This document shows, piece after piece, positions 1-10,470 of a DNA stretch of 64,000 nucleotides. Every line of letters begins with the position of its first letter. Within the stretch, counting starts at the first letter, position 1. Source of the stretch: Phyllobates terribilis (lineage: Eukaryota); assembly GCF_046119375.1 (NCBI RefSeq), contig NW_027362766.1, positions 10,106,001 to 10,170,000 of the forward strand, given 5' to 3'. The notes beneath the pieces were generated by a model. That model saw nothing but the letters and a program-made list of their open reading frames with translations, searched no databases and was not told the DNA's origin. The position numbers and the translations under genes are program-made.

Positions 1-182
1 AGAAGTGATTACCTGAATTGGTTTTGGCCTATGGCTGAACCTTGGCCCCAAGAAGGCACCCATTGTAGGGATATGGACAAAGACTTCCATTAGGAAGACA
101 TGTTGTTCATCAATAGACACCTTAAAACCCACAACTATACTGCTTGTTGCAGATGCACCCCACACATTTTTAATCTGCATAA

Positions 183-683
183 GTCCACATATTTTCACAC
201 ATTCTTCCTTCTCCTTAATGTTCCATGCGCCTCAAAAGAGGGGAAGGGAAGGGTAGAGAGGATAACTAATTAACAAACGAGCAGTGGTCCCCCCTGCTTC
301 CCTGTTTGTAGGCTCCCTACAGACTGAAGCTGGCTGCTGCAGCACTGCCAGATAAAGGCCAGGAGCCCATTATGACATGTGCAATGTCTGTTCCATTCTT
401 GCATTATTCCATTCTCCCATTGTTCCATTGCCCCCTAACAATGGGACAATGGAATAATGCAAGAATGGAACAGACTTTGCACGTGTCATAATGGGCTCCA
501 GGCTTTTATCTAGCTGTGCTGCAGCAGCCAGCTTCAGTCTGTAGGGAGCCTACAGACTGGGAAGCAAGGGGACTGATGCTTGTTTGTTCAATAATTAGTT
601 ACCCTCTTTACCCACCACCCTTCCCGGTCGTGAGGCGCGTGGGACATTAGCTGGGAGAGGAGAATGTGTGAAAATAGGTGGAC
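183..683. repeat. ~500-bp imperfect palindrome (MITE-like foldback)
   Basis: GTCCACATATTTTCACACATTC at 183 is the reverse complement (1 mismatch) of GAATGTGTGAAAATAGGTGGAC ending at 683. The arms pair inward with scattered mismatches to a very short centre near 425-437. Confidence 0.85.
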
Positions 684-685
684 GT

Positions 686-761
686 ATAGTGGACGTATCA
701 GGTATTAAACTGATAAGAAAAGTTACTACACTTGATCTCAGCCAAAAGGCCGATAAGCGAT
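686..761 (-). pseudogene. U2 snRNA 5' fragment (nt ~1-76)
   Basis: The reverse complement reads ATCGCTTATCGGCCTTTTGGCTGAGATCAAGTGTAGTAACTTTTCTTATCAGTTTAATACCTGATACGTCCACTAT, about 6 mismatches in 76 nt against vertebrate U2 as recalled. The branch-point pairing motif GTAGTA is intact. The Sm site and 3' half are absent. Confidence 0.9.
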
Positions 762-1478
762 GTACCGTCGGCGTCTCTGCCTCCTGTCGGGCAGAGACGC
801 TGATCCCCTCACCGCCGCGGTCCTGGTCCGGCGTCCTCTGGCTCCCCTGCTGTGACCTCCCGGGGTGCGCGCACCGCGCGCAGTTTCCCGGGCACCGTAC
901 TTAGGGCACTCGCTCGTGCGCTTCCTCCCTCGTAAAGGGGCCGCGTGCGCCGTCCTAAAGAGTCCACGGCCAATGGCTGGAGGACTGCCCTTATATAAGG
1001 CACCTCCTCAAAAATGGAGGTGCCTGTGCAAGATTGTTGTTTGTGTGCTAACACGCTCCTCAGTCCGCAGGTTCCAATGCCCGCCAGCCTGTCTTTCAGC
1101 CATGCCCGCCAGCCTGACTATCAGCCGTTCCAGCTAGCCTATCTGCCATGCCCACCTGCCTATCAGCCGTGCCTGCCTGTCTATCTGCCGTGCCCACCTT
1201 CCTGCTTATCGGCCGTGCCCGCAAGCTTGTCTACCCACATCACCTGCCTGTCTACCAGCCATGCTCATCTGCTGTGCCTGTCGGCCTCGGCCATCAGTCC
1301 CGCGGGAGTCGCCTGCTCTCACACAAGATCGGTCCCAGAGTGGCACCTGGTTCACCTTCCTGGTCCCTCCTTGGTTCATGGAGTCGACTAAGCCACGGTG
1401 TGGCCAGGGTCGGTCCGTGAAGGCACTTAGTTACGCCTCGCTGGTCCCTCCTTGTATCCACCACCCGGATCCGTAACA
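761..1478 (+). repeat. 5' LTR
   Basis: Starts TGTA and ends CCGTAACA. Homologous to 5668-6110 but longer because of internal degenerate repeats at ~1075-1300. Confidence 0.85.
970..998 (+). promoter_or_regulatory. LTR promoter: CCAAT box and TATA box
   Basis: CCAAT at 970-974 and TATATAA at 992-998. Both are also present in the 3' LTR. Confidence 0.7.
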
Positions 1479-1480
1479 GT

Positions 1481-1490
1481 TTGCACAGGC
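1481..1490 (+). other. Self-priming primer-binding site
   Basis: TTGCACAGGC, 2 nt after the LTR end, is the exact reverse complement of GCCTGTGCAA at 1022-1031, about 30 nt downstream of the TATA box. No tRNA-type TGG PBS is present. Confidence 0.75.
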
Positions 1491-1491
1491 C

Positions 1492-2427
1492 ATGGAATCT
1501 GTTGGCTACCAGGCTCCTTTACTCTCAGACCTGTACCAAGAGGGCTCTCGCCAGAGATCCCAACAGGATACTATCCTGTCCTATCTGCGGACAGTCAACT
1601 CCCGCCGGGACGCGCTGTCCACCCCGACTGTGTCCGCCTCTAACCAAGCGGCACCCCAACCCAGTGGCGCTATGGCATCTGGCTTAGGACCCCGGCTTTC
1701 TGTGCCTCCATGTTTTGGTGGCGACCATTCTTTATGTCGGGGCTTCATAAATCCGTGCACGCTGCACTCTGAGCTCTTGGCACACTAGTTCACCTCCGCC
1801 CGGGCCAAGGTGGCATTCATCATGTCTCACCTCACCGGAGAGGCGTTGGCGTGGGTTAACCCTCTGTGGGAGACAGGGGATCCTCTGGTGTCTGACCTCC
1901 AGGCATTCCTCGCGGCTTTCTGGAAGGTGTTCGATGAGCCTGGACGAAAATCTTCAACTGCCTCCTCTCTTCTCCTACTCCGCCAAGGGAGTCTCTCTGT
2001 GGGACAGTATGCTGTGCGTTTCCGCACCCTCGCATCTGAACTTGCCTGGAACAATGAGTCTCTGGTGTCCACCTTTTGGGAGGGCCTTTCCGGTCGGATC
2101 AAGTATGAGTTAGCTGGTCGTGACATACCTCCCTCTCTGGACGATCTGGTGTCATTAGCTACACGGATCGACATCCGTTTTCAGGAGGGTTCTAAGGAGG
2201 CAACCCGTGAGAGAAGACCCCTGCGACTTGCACCAACCTTTCAAAAACCAGCCTCGCAAACAACATCTCCTCCGGTGTCTTCTCCAGAGTCTATGCAAAT
2301 AGACCAAGTTAAGATGGTCAAGTCTCGCCAGGAGGTCCGCCGCGCCGAGGGGAGTTGCTTCTACTGTGGCAGCACAGAGCATCTTATCCGCTCCAGTCTG
2401 GTGAGACCGGGAAACTCCAGTGTCTAG
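1492..2427 (+). pseudogene. Gypsy gag (one in-frame TAG at 1786-1788)
   Basis: ORFs 1492-1788 and 1810-2427 share a frame. Capsid-like LLLLRQGSLSVGQYAVRFRTLA and a degenerate zinc knuckle CFYCGSTEH. Confidence 0.9.
2409..2415 (+). other. -1 ribosomal frameshift slippery site G GGA AAC
   Basis: In the gag zero frame (P-G-N) just before the gag stop. The -1 frame opens into pol (GKLQCLG). A hairpin CTAGGA/TCCTAG starts after an 8-nt spacer. Confidence 0.75.
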
Positions 2428-5400
2428 GACTGCTCGGAGAGTTCCTCCTAGGCAAAAGTTCCTCCTCTACGCCCTTGACTCTGTCCGTTTCGGTTACCTG
2501 TGGTGAGACCCGCTTCTTCGAGATCTGGATTCCGGAGCCGCTGGGAACCTCATTCAGCAGGCCGTTGTGGAGCGATATCAGATTCCTACCATATGTCCGG
2601 CTGATCCTTTAGCGGTTTCCTCTGTGGATGGAAAGCTTTTCTCTGAGACCATCTTGTTTGTCACTGAGCCTGTAACTCTTCAGGTGGGAATGCTGCACTC
2701 GGAGAAGATCTCCTTTTACGTACTGTCCGGTCTCTCTCATCCCCTTTTGCTTGGCCTGCTTTGGTTACAGAGACATGAGCCCGTCCTGAATTGGAGCTCG
2801 GGTGAGGTGCTCCGTTGGGGTCAGGAATGTCATAAGTTCTGTCTGGTTCCGGTTCGTCCTGCTCGACCTCTGTCTACTCCAGCTAACCTACCTGGCCTGC
2901 CGGCACCCTACTGGTCATATGTGGACGTCTTTGATAAACAGGAGGCAGAGACACTACCACCTCATAGGCCGTATGATTGCCCCATCAACCTAATACCTGG
3001 TGCCTCACCTCCTCGAGGGCGAATCTACCCCTTGTCGCTGGCCGAGAACCGTGCTATCTCTGAGTACATAGAAGAGAATCTTGCTAGGGAATTTATACAG
3101 AAATCCACCTCTCCGGCTGTAGCAGGATTCTTCTTCGTCAAAAAGAAAGATGGCTCTCTTCGTCAATGTATCACTATAGGGGCCTAAACCAGATCACCAT
3201 CTAAAATAAGTACCCCCTGCCTCTCATCTCGGAGCTGTTTGACTGCCTAAAAGGCGCGAAGATCTTCACTAAGCTCGATCTTCGTGGGGCATACAATCTG
3301 GTCCGGATTCACCAGGGAGATGAGTGGAAGACGGCATTCAACACTTGGGATGGTCACTACGAGTACCACGTGATGCCCTTTGATCTCTGTAATGCTCCAG
3401 CCGTCTTCCAGGAGTTAGTGAATGACATCTTCCGAGATCTCCTGTATTCCTGCGTGGTGGTGTACCTGGACGACATCTTGGTGTTCTCCCCTGATCTGCC
3501 CTCTCACCGGAGGGATGTTTGTCAGGTACTGCTGAGGCTTCAGAGGAATCGCCTGTATGCCAAGTACGAGAAATGCCTCTTTGAGCAGACCTCCCTACCA
3601 TTTTTGGGGTATATCATCTCTGAGACCGGACTGCGGATGAATCCCGAGAAGGTGTCTGCCGTCTTAAAGTGGCCCCGACCGGAGGGGTTGAAGGCTATTC
3701 AGCAATTTATGGGATTAGCTAACTATTACCGCCTCTTCATTCCTCATTTCTCCTCCCGGACTGCTCCCATCTCTGCTCTCACCCGTTAAGGAGCAAATCC
3801 CAGGGAATGGACTTCTGAGGCGGAAAGTGCCTTTGTCTCTCTTAAACAAGCCTTCTCCTCCGCTCCAGTGCTACATCGTCCAGATTGCAATAAACAGTTC
3901 TTCCTGGAGGTTGATGCCTCTTCCTCTGGGGCCGGAGCAGTGCTCACCCAGAAATCCTCGTCCGGATGAATGGTGACCTGCGGCTTCTTCTCCAAACTCT
4001 TTTCTCCATCCAAGCGCAATTACTCCATAGGAGATCGAGAACTGCTGGCCATCAAATTAGCGCTGGAGGAGTGGCGCTACTTGCTTGAGGGTGCTCTCCA
4101 CTCAGTGGTCATCTACACTGACCATAAAAACCTTGCTTACTTGCAGCCCGCCCAAAGACTAAATCCGCATCAGGCCAGATGGTCTTTGTTCTTTGCTTGT
4201 TTCAGCTTCACTCTCTATTACCGCCCGGCAGACAAAAATATTAAAGCTGACGCTCTATCCCGCTCTTTTCTGTCTACCAACCAAGAGGAGGAGCCTCTAC
4301 ACATCATTGACCCCTCCAGAATAATGACTGTTGCCCGCTTGACCTGTCTCATCTACCTCCTGGTAAGACCTTTGTAGAGGCTATGGATCGGAAGAGGGTC
4401 TTACTCTGGGGTCATTCGTCCAAACTGGCTGGTCATGTCGGCCAGAGGAAGACGCTTCTGCTCATTGCCCGACATTATTGGTGGCCCACCCTGCGCAAGG
4501 ATGTTGCGGATTTTGTCGCGGCTTGTTCCTCCTGTGCCCGTAACAAGATACCTAGGCACCTCCCAGCTGGTCATCTTCTTCCTCTCCCCGTGCCTTCTGC
4601 TCCTTGGCAACACATTGCTATGGATTTCATCACTGACCTCCCGGTATCTGCCGGTTCTACCGTCATATGGGTGGTCGCTGACCGCTTCTCCAAGATGGCT
4701 CACTTCATTCCTTTGCCTGGTCTACCGTCCGCACCTGTGCTGGCTAAGGACTTCATCCATCACATCTTCCGTCTCCACGGCTTACCCCTCCACATTGTCT
4801 CAGACAGAGGAGTTCAGTTTACTTCTCGCTTCTGGAGAGCCACGTGCAAGCTGCTGGATGTCACTTTGGACTTTTTTTCAGCCTATCATCCTCAGTCCAA
4901 TGGTCAGGTGGAACGTATTAATCAGATCCTTACAAGTTTTCTTCGGCACTTTGGCAACGCTCACCATAGCGATTGGGTAGAACTTCTTCCTTGGGCCGAG
5001 TTTTCTTATAACAACCATGTGAGTGAGTCCTCTGCTAAGTCTCCGTTTTTTTGTAGCTTACGGTCGACACCCCAAATTCCGTTTCCCGTCTCTTCTTCAG
5101 TGGACAATCCTGCCGCGGAGTCTCTCGTCAGTAACTTTTCGGTGATTTGGGAAGACACTAGATCTGCGCTTCTTCAGTCCTCCGAGCGGATGAAGAAGCA
5201 TGTGGATAAGACGTCTGGTTCTGCCTCTATTTAGTCCAGGAGACAAGGTCTGGCTTTTGTCCAAATATGTCCGTCTCAAGATACCATCATACAAGTTGGG
5301 CCTGCGGTTCATCGGTCCTTTCAAGATTATGAACCAAATGAATCCAGTGGCGTACAGGCTGAAACTCCCGGCCTCCTTACAGATTTCCAATTCCTTTCAT

Positions 5401-5645
5401 GTGTCTCTCCTCAAGCCTGTTATCCTTAATCCTTTCTCTGACGATCCAGGTACCACTCCAGCTCCAGTCTCCGCTGAGGAAGTCTTTGAGGTAGAGAATA
5501 TTTTGGCCATCAAGAAGGTAGGAGGAAAGACTTTCTTTCTTGTGGATTGGAAGGGGTTTGGTCCTGAGGTGAGGTCTTGGGAGCACAGGGAGAACATTCA
5601 TGCTCCTCGTCTTCTAGAGAAATTTCTTGCGGGCCTAAAGATGGA
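2410..5645 (+). pseudogene. Gypsy pol: protease-RT-RNase H-integrase-chromodomain, disrupted
   Basis: ORF pieces 2567-3187, 3370-3789 ([12 protein letters not shown]), 3970-4377 (YTDHKNL), 4383-5234 (integrase) and 5200 onward (chromodomain FEVENIL...FLVDWKGFGPEVRSWE). Confidence 0.95.
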
Positions 5646-5649
5646 GCAT

Positions 5650-5664
5650 AAAGGGGGGGGGGGG
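5650..5664 (+). other. Polypurine tract
   Basis: AAAG followed by a G run, ending 3 nt before the 3' LTR TG. Confidence 0.85.
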
Positions 5665-5667
5665 TAC

Positions 5668-6110
5668 TGTAGGGTCCCGGCAGGAGGCAGAGACGCCGAT
5701 CCCCTCACCGCCGTGGTCTCAGTCCGGCATCCTCCGGCTCCCCTGCTGCATCTGCCCGGGGTGCGCGCACCACGCGCAGTTCCCTGTTCACTGTACACCG
5801 TCCTAAAGAGTCCCCGGCCAATGGCCGGAGGACTGCCCTTATATAAGGCACCTCCTCCAAAATGGAGGTGTCTGTGCAAGGTTGTTGTTTGTGTGCCCGC
5901 CAGCCTATAAGCCCTGCCAGCCTATCCGCATCAACTACCTGTCGGCTTCGGCCATCAGTCGGCTGCTCTCACACAAGGTTGGTCCCAGAGTGGCACCTGG
6001 TTCACGGAGTCGACTAAGCCGCCTTGTGGCCAGGGTCGGTCCGGGTAGGCACTTAGTTACGTCCCTCCATGTATCACAGCACAGAGGTTCCACCACCAGG
6101 ATCCGTAACA
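5668..6110 (+). repeat. 3' LTR
   Basis: TGTAGGG...GGATCCGTAACA. Shares CCAAT, TATA and U5 sequence with the 5' LTR. Confidence 0.9.
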
Positions 6111-6134
6111 GCAGTGACTGTACCGGGGTATATA

Positions 6135-7595
6135 CACTGCTCGAAAAAATAAAGGGAACACTTAAACAACACAATGTAACTAAGTCGATCACACTTCTGT
6201 GAAATCAAACTGTCCAGTTATGAAGCAACACTGACCGTGAATCAATTTCTCCTGCTGTTGTACAAGTGGAACAGGTAGAAATAATCGGAAATAAAGGAGC
6301 GGTTCTGTAGGTGATGACCACAGAAAATTTCTCTGTTCTCATCCTTTTTGGTGGCTGTTTTGGTCACTTTTTCATTTTGTCATTGCTCTCACCCCTAGAG
6401 GTACAGTAGCATGAGGCGGTGTCTACAGTACAACCCACAGAAGTTGCTCAGGTAGTGCAGCTCATCCAGGATGGCACATCAATGCGAGCTGTTGCAAGAA
6501 GGGTAGCTGTGTCTGTCAGCACAGTGTACAGAGCATGGAGCAGATACCAGGAGACATGGAGGGGGCCGTAGGAGGGCAACAACCCAGCAGCAGGACTGCT
6601 CCTTTGTGCAAGGAGGAACAGTGCCAGAGCCCTGCACAGTGACCTCCAGCAGTCCACTAACATCCATGTGTCTGCTCTGTCAGAAACTGACTCCAAGAGG
6701 GTGGAATGAGGGCCCGACCTCCACAAGTGGGTGTTGTGTTTACAGCCCAACACCATGCATGGCGATTGGCAGATTTGACATTGGTGCCCTGTGCTCTTCA
6801 CTGATGAGAACATGTTCACACTGAGCACGTGACAGAGTCTGAAGACACTGTGGAGAACGTTCTGCTGCCTGGACCATCTTCCAGCATGACCGGTTTGACA
6901 GTGGGTCAGTAATGGTGTGGGGAGGCATTTCTTTGGAGGGCCGCACAGCCCTCCATGTGCTCGCCAGAGGTAGCCTGACTGCCATTAGGTACCGAGGTGA
7001 GATCCTCAGACCCCTTGTGAGACCATATGCTGGTGGGGTTGGCCGTGGGCTCCTCCTAATGCAGGACAATGCCAGACCTCATGTGGCTGGAGTGTGTCAG
7101 CAGTTCCTGCAAGATGAAGACATTGAAGCTATGGACTGGCCCGTCCGTTCCCCAGACCTGAATCCGATTGAGCACATCTGGGAAATAATTTCTTGTCCCA
7201 TCCACCAACGCCACGTTGCAGCACAGACTGTCCAGGAGTTAATTGATGTTTTAGTCCAGGTCTGGGAGATCACCCGCCGCCTCATCAGGAGCATGCTCGG
7301 GCATTGTAGGGAGGTCATAAAAGGCACATGGAGGCCACACACAATACTGAGCATCATTTCCTCGTCTTGAGGTATTTCCACTGACATGGATAAGCCTGTA
7401 ATTTGATTTTACACTTTGATTTTGAGTATCATTCCAAATCCAGACCTCCATGGGATATTGATTTACATTGATCATATTTATGGTTTTATTGTTCTCAATG
7501 CATTATATAATGAATATAGATTTGCAATGGAATATTTCATTCAGTGATATCTAGGAAATGATATTTTAGCGTTCCTTTTATTTTTTTGAGCAGTG
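6135..7595 (+). mobile_element. Tc1/mariner DNA transposon, defective
   Basis: TIRs CACTGCTCGAAAAAATAAAGGGAAC and GTTCCTTTTATTTTTTTGAGCAGTG, with TA on both flanks (6133-6134, 7596-7597). Confidence 0.95.
6411..7370 (+). pseudogene. Tc1 transposase remnant (DD34E)
   Basis: ORF 6912-7370 contains MVWGGI, QDNARPH and SPDLNPIEHIW with D-to-E spacing 34. The N-terminal HTH part is frameshifted and partly deleted. Confidence 0.9.
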
Positions 7596-8429
7596 TATAT
7601 ACTGTATAATCCATGCGTTGGAATCGGGAGTTGTATATACCACACGCTCACTGTTACGTTTCCCCAATAACCGGCCTATTAGTGGAAACAAGCTGCAGCC
7701 TCCTCCATTAATCATCAGTCAATCGCGTAATTTTCTGGACAATAGGGGGAAGTGGAGACCTGTTTGTGACAAAAAGATCTGCATGACATCCCAGGCTGTG
7801 ATCCTTGACATTAGCAATCAAAATTCTTCCCCCAATTCTGCAGATTTTTCTTCTCAATTGCAGCCTGGTAGCCTTATTGGAGTTTGTGGAGATGCATGCA
7901 TTTTTGGGTTTTGGTGGGGGTCAACCATGAACCGAAGGAAAGCGGTAAGTGGGCTGGTCGGAGGAGTACACCGCAGAGGAGTTAGCTGCTGCATGCGACT
8001 AGTGTCGCAGTCTTCTTGTCTCAGCTACGTAGTGTTGGACATTGCATGACCCTATCAGCATCGGTGGTTCCCAACCTGCACAGATATCGTTTTCCTGGTC
8101 TACACACTGGACAGAGCGGCCGTAAACCAGGGGATAAAAGCCCCCAATAAAGAAAAGCAGTAATGTAGAGCTGAATAGATGTCACAGAGGGAGGAATCAG
8201 GCGATAAATTAACAAAACCTTTATTAACAGAAACAATATATATTACACAACTTGTAAACATGGCGAACCGGAACGTGCAACAATGCAAACTGCAGCCAGA
8301 GGGGGCGCTGCTCAGGACTCGTCCTCGATCACTATTACATCATTGCTGGAGCTCAGGAGCGTGTCTACGGAAAAAGGGCAAGAGTAAATGAGAGGGACTG
8401 ATTGGTGCCCAGAGATTAAAAGGGAGCAA

Positions 8430-9245
8430 GTAAGAAGACAAAACACGAGAAGAATGGAGGGATAGAGCGAAAGGGAGCCAAAGCATCAGAAGAAGGACGA
8501 AGAGAGCAAGCGAGAGGGAGCCAAAGCATTAGAAGAAGGACAAAGGGAGCAAGCGAGAGGGAGCCAAAGCATTAGAAGAAGGACAAAGGGAGCAAGCGAG
8601 AGGGAGCCAAAGCATTAGAAGAATGATGGATGGAGCGCGCGAGAGCTAAAGAGTCAGAAGAAGGACGAAGGGAGCAAAGCGAGAGGGAGCCAAAGCATTA
8701 GAAGAATGATGGATGGAGAGCGCGAGAGCCAAAGCGTCAGAAGGGGGACTTAGTGAGTGAGCGAGAGGGAGCCAAAAGCGTCAGAAGAATGGAAGGAGTG
8801 AGAGGGAGCCAAAGCATCAGAAGGACAAAGGGAGCAAGCGAGAGGGAGCCAAAGCATTAGAAGAAGGACAAAGGGAGCAAGCGAGAGGGAGCCAAAGCAT
8901 TAGAAGAAGGACAAAGGGAGCAAGCGAGAGGGAGCCAAAGCATCAGAAGAATGATGGATGGAGCGCGCGAGAGCTAAAGAGTCAGAAGAAGGACGAAGGG
9001 AGCAAAGCGAGAGGGAGCCAAAGCATTAGAAGAATGATGGATGGAGCGCGCGCGAGAGCCAAAGCGTCAGAAGGGGGACAAAGTGAGTGAGCGAGAGGGA
9101 GCCAAAGCATCAGGACCAGCGGAGTGAGCGAGAGTGAGGGAACCAAAGCATCAGAAGGAAGCAGCAAGCGAGAGCAGGATGGAAGGAGAGTGAGAGAGAG
9201 CGCCAAAGCACCAGAAGAAGGACGGAAGGAGCGAGCGAGAGGGAG
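8430..9245. repeat. Degenerate purine-rich tandem repeat (~43-bp unit)
   Basis: Recurrent GCGAGAGGGAGCCAAAGCATTAGAAGAAGGACAAAGGGAGCAA. Confidence 0.85.
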
Positions 9246-9617
9246 CCTGTCATGGAGTAAAGTAAAATGCTTACAGAGATGAGAGAGAAGAACTTGCACT
9301 CTCCTCTGTGCAGCTGCCTCCCTCCTTTTGGAATTAGGCAACCATAGATACTCCAATGGCTAAACAGATGTGATGTGTGTGCTTTAGGAATGTGGATCAG
9401 ATTTATGACCGAGATAAGCATTATAGGAACATAAAGATCTAGGATTCTCTTTTGTGGGCTTAGTAGAATAGTAAAAAGGGAGGTTTGCATGAAATGCGCC
9501 AATCCAATATATAGGAAAATCATATTTTCGGAAACATGATGACGTGACGAATGCAAAGCATAGTTTCAAGTTGCTGAGCGATGAGTAGAATCGTGTCAAT
9601 TGAATACGGACCTAATA

Positions 9618-10090
9618 CAACCCCTGGCAAAAATTATGGAACCACCGGGCTCGGAGGATGTTCATTGTTGTTGAAAAAAAGCAGATCACAGACATGGCAC
9701 AAAACTAAAGTCATTTCAAATGGCAACTTTAGGGCTTTAAGAAACACTAAAAGAAATCAAGATTAAAAATGTGGTACTCAGTAAGGGTAATTTTTTTTCA
9801 GACCAAGCAGAGGGAAAAAAAATTATGGAACCACCCTGTAAATTTTCATTTCCAAAACTTACAATTGCATCAAATTAGATCTGCTCGTTAGCCTGCATCT
9901 AAAAAGGAGTGATCACACCTTGGAGAGCTGTTGCACCAAGTGGACTGACATGAATCATGGCTCCAACAGGAGAGATGTCAATTGAAACAAAGGAGAGGAT
10001 TATCAAACTCCTAAAAGAAGGTAAATCATCACTCAATGTTGCAAAAGATGTTGGTTGTTCACAGTTAGCTGTGTCTAAAATCCGGACCAA
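9618..10090 (+). mobile_element. Tc1-like element, 5' fragment
   Basis: TA then CAACCCCTGGCAAAAATTATGGA. An internal direct repeat AAAAATTATGGAACCACC near 9818 gives IR/DR architecture. The transposase start at 9957 (MAPTGEMSIETKERIIKLLKEGKS...) is cut off at a T run. Confidence 0.8.
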
Positions 10091-10254
10091 ATTTTTTTTT
10101 TTCTCCTAAGTTTATATCTGAATATTCTATGAGAATTCGTTGCACGCAAATCTTGTCTAAGTAGGAGTTAATATCCTAATTTGTATACTAATCTATCACA
10201 CATGTTTAGGGGTGGTCACAGTTTTTATTATAAATGTGTTGTTTTTTAATTCAT

Positions 10255-10470
10255 TTGTATACTGACGAATAAGGGGCTGTGTCCTCGAAACGCGTCCAGT
10301 TGTTCCCCTCCTAGGGACATGTTGTGATTTTTAATTTTGGAATAAAAGGATTTATCGCATGTGGCACTGGATTTTACCTTCTTTATATACCCTTGCAAGT
10401 GTATGCTGGACACTAATCCGTGAGCCTGGGATTCCTGTGAGTATCAGGTGATATGAGCTAATTATCTTTT
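10255..10470 (+). mobile_element. Possible Penelope-like pseudo-LTR remnant
   Basis: CTGACGA...CGAAACGCGTC hammerhead-like core followed by AATAAA in AT-rich sequence. No ORF nearby. Confidence 0.4.

Larger units (their letters stand above)
761..6110 (+). mobile_element. Ty3/Gypsy LTR retrotransposon, chromovirus (sushi/Tf1-like), decayed
   Basis: Two TG...CA LTRs, both ending GGATCCGTAACA, enclose gag, protease (LDSGA), RT (YLDD), RNase H, integrase (HHCC plus core), a chromodomain and a PPT. Multiple stops and frameshifts. Confidence 0.97.

Noticed and set aside
686-761. Functional U2 gene, or a Keno/Utopia LINE insertion site
   Set aside because: There is no Sm site or 3' stem-loops, the upstream position is occupied by the LTR, and no LINE ORF or tail is adjacent.
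1479-1500. tRNA primer-binding site
   Set aside because: No TGG start or recognisable tRNA 3' complement. Self-complementarity explains the site better.
8293-8310. CTCF site at CCAGAGGGGGCGCTG
   Set aside because: Only the 3' half fits the consensus, and it lies within repeat-derived DNA.
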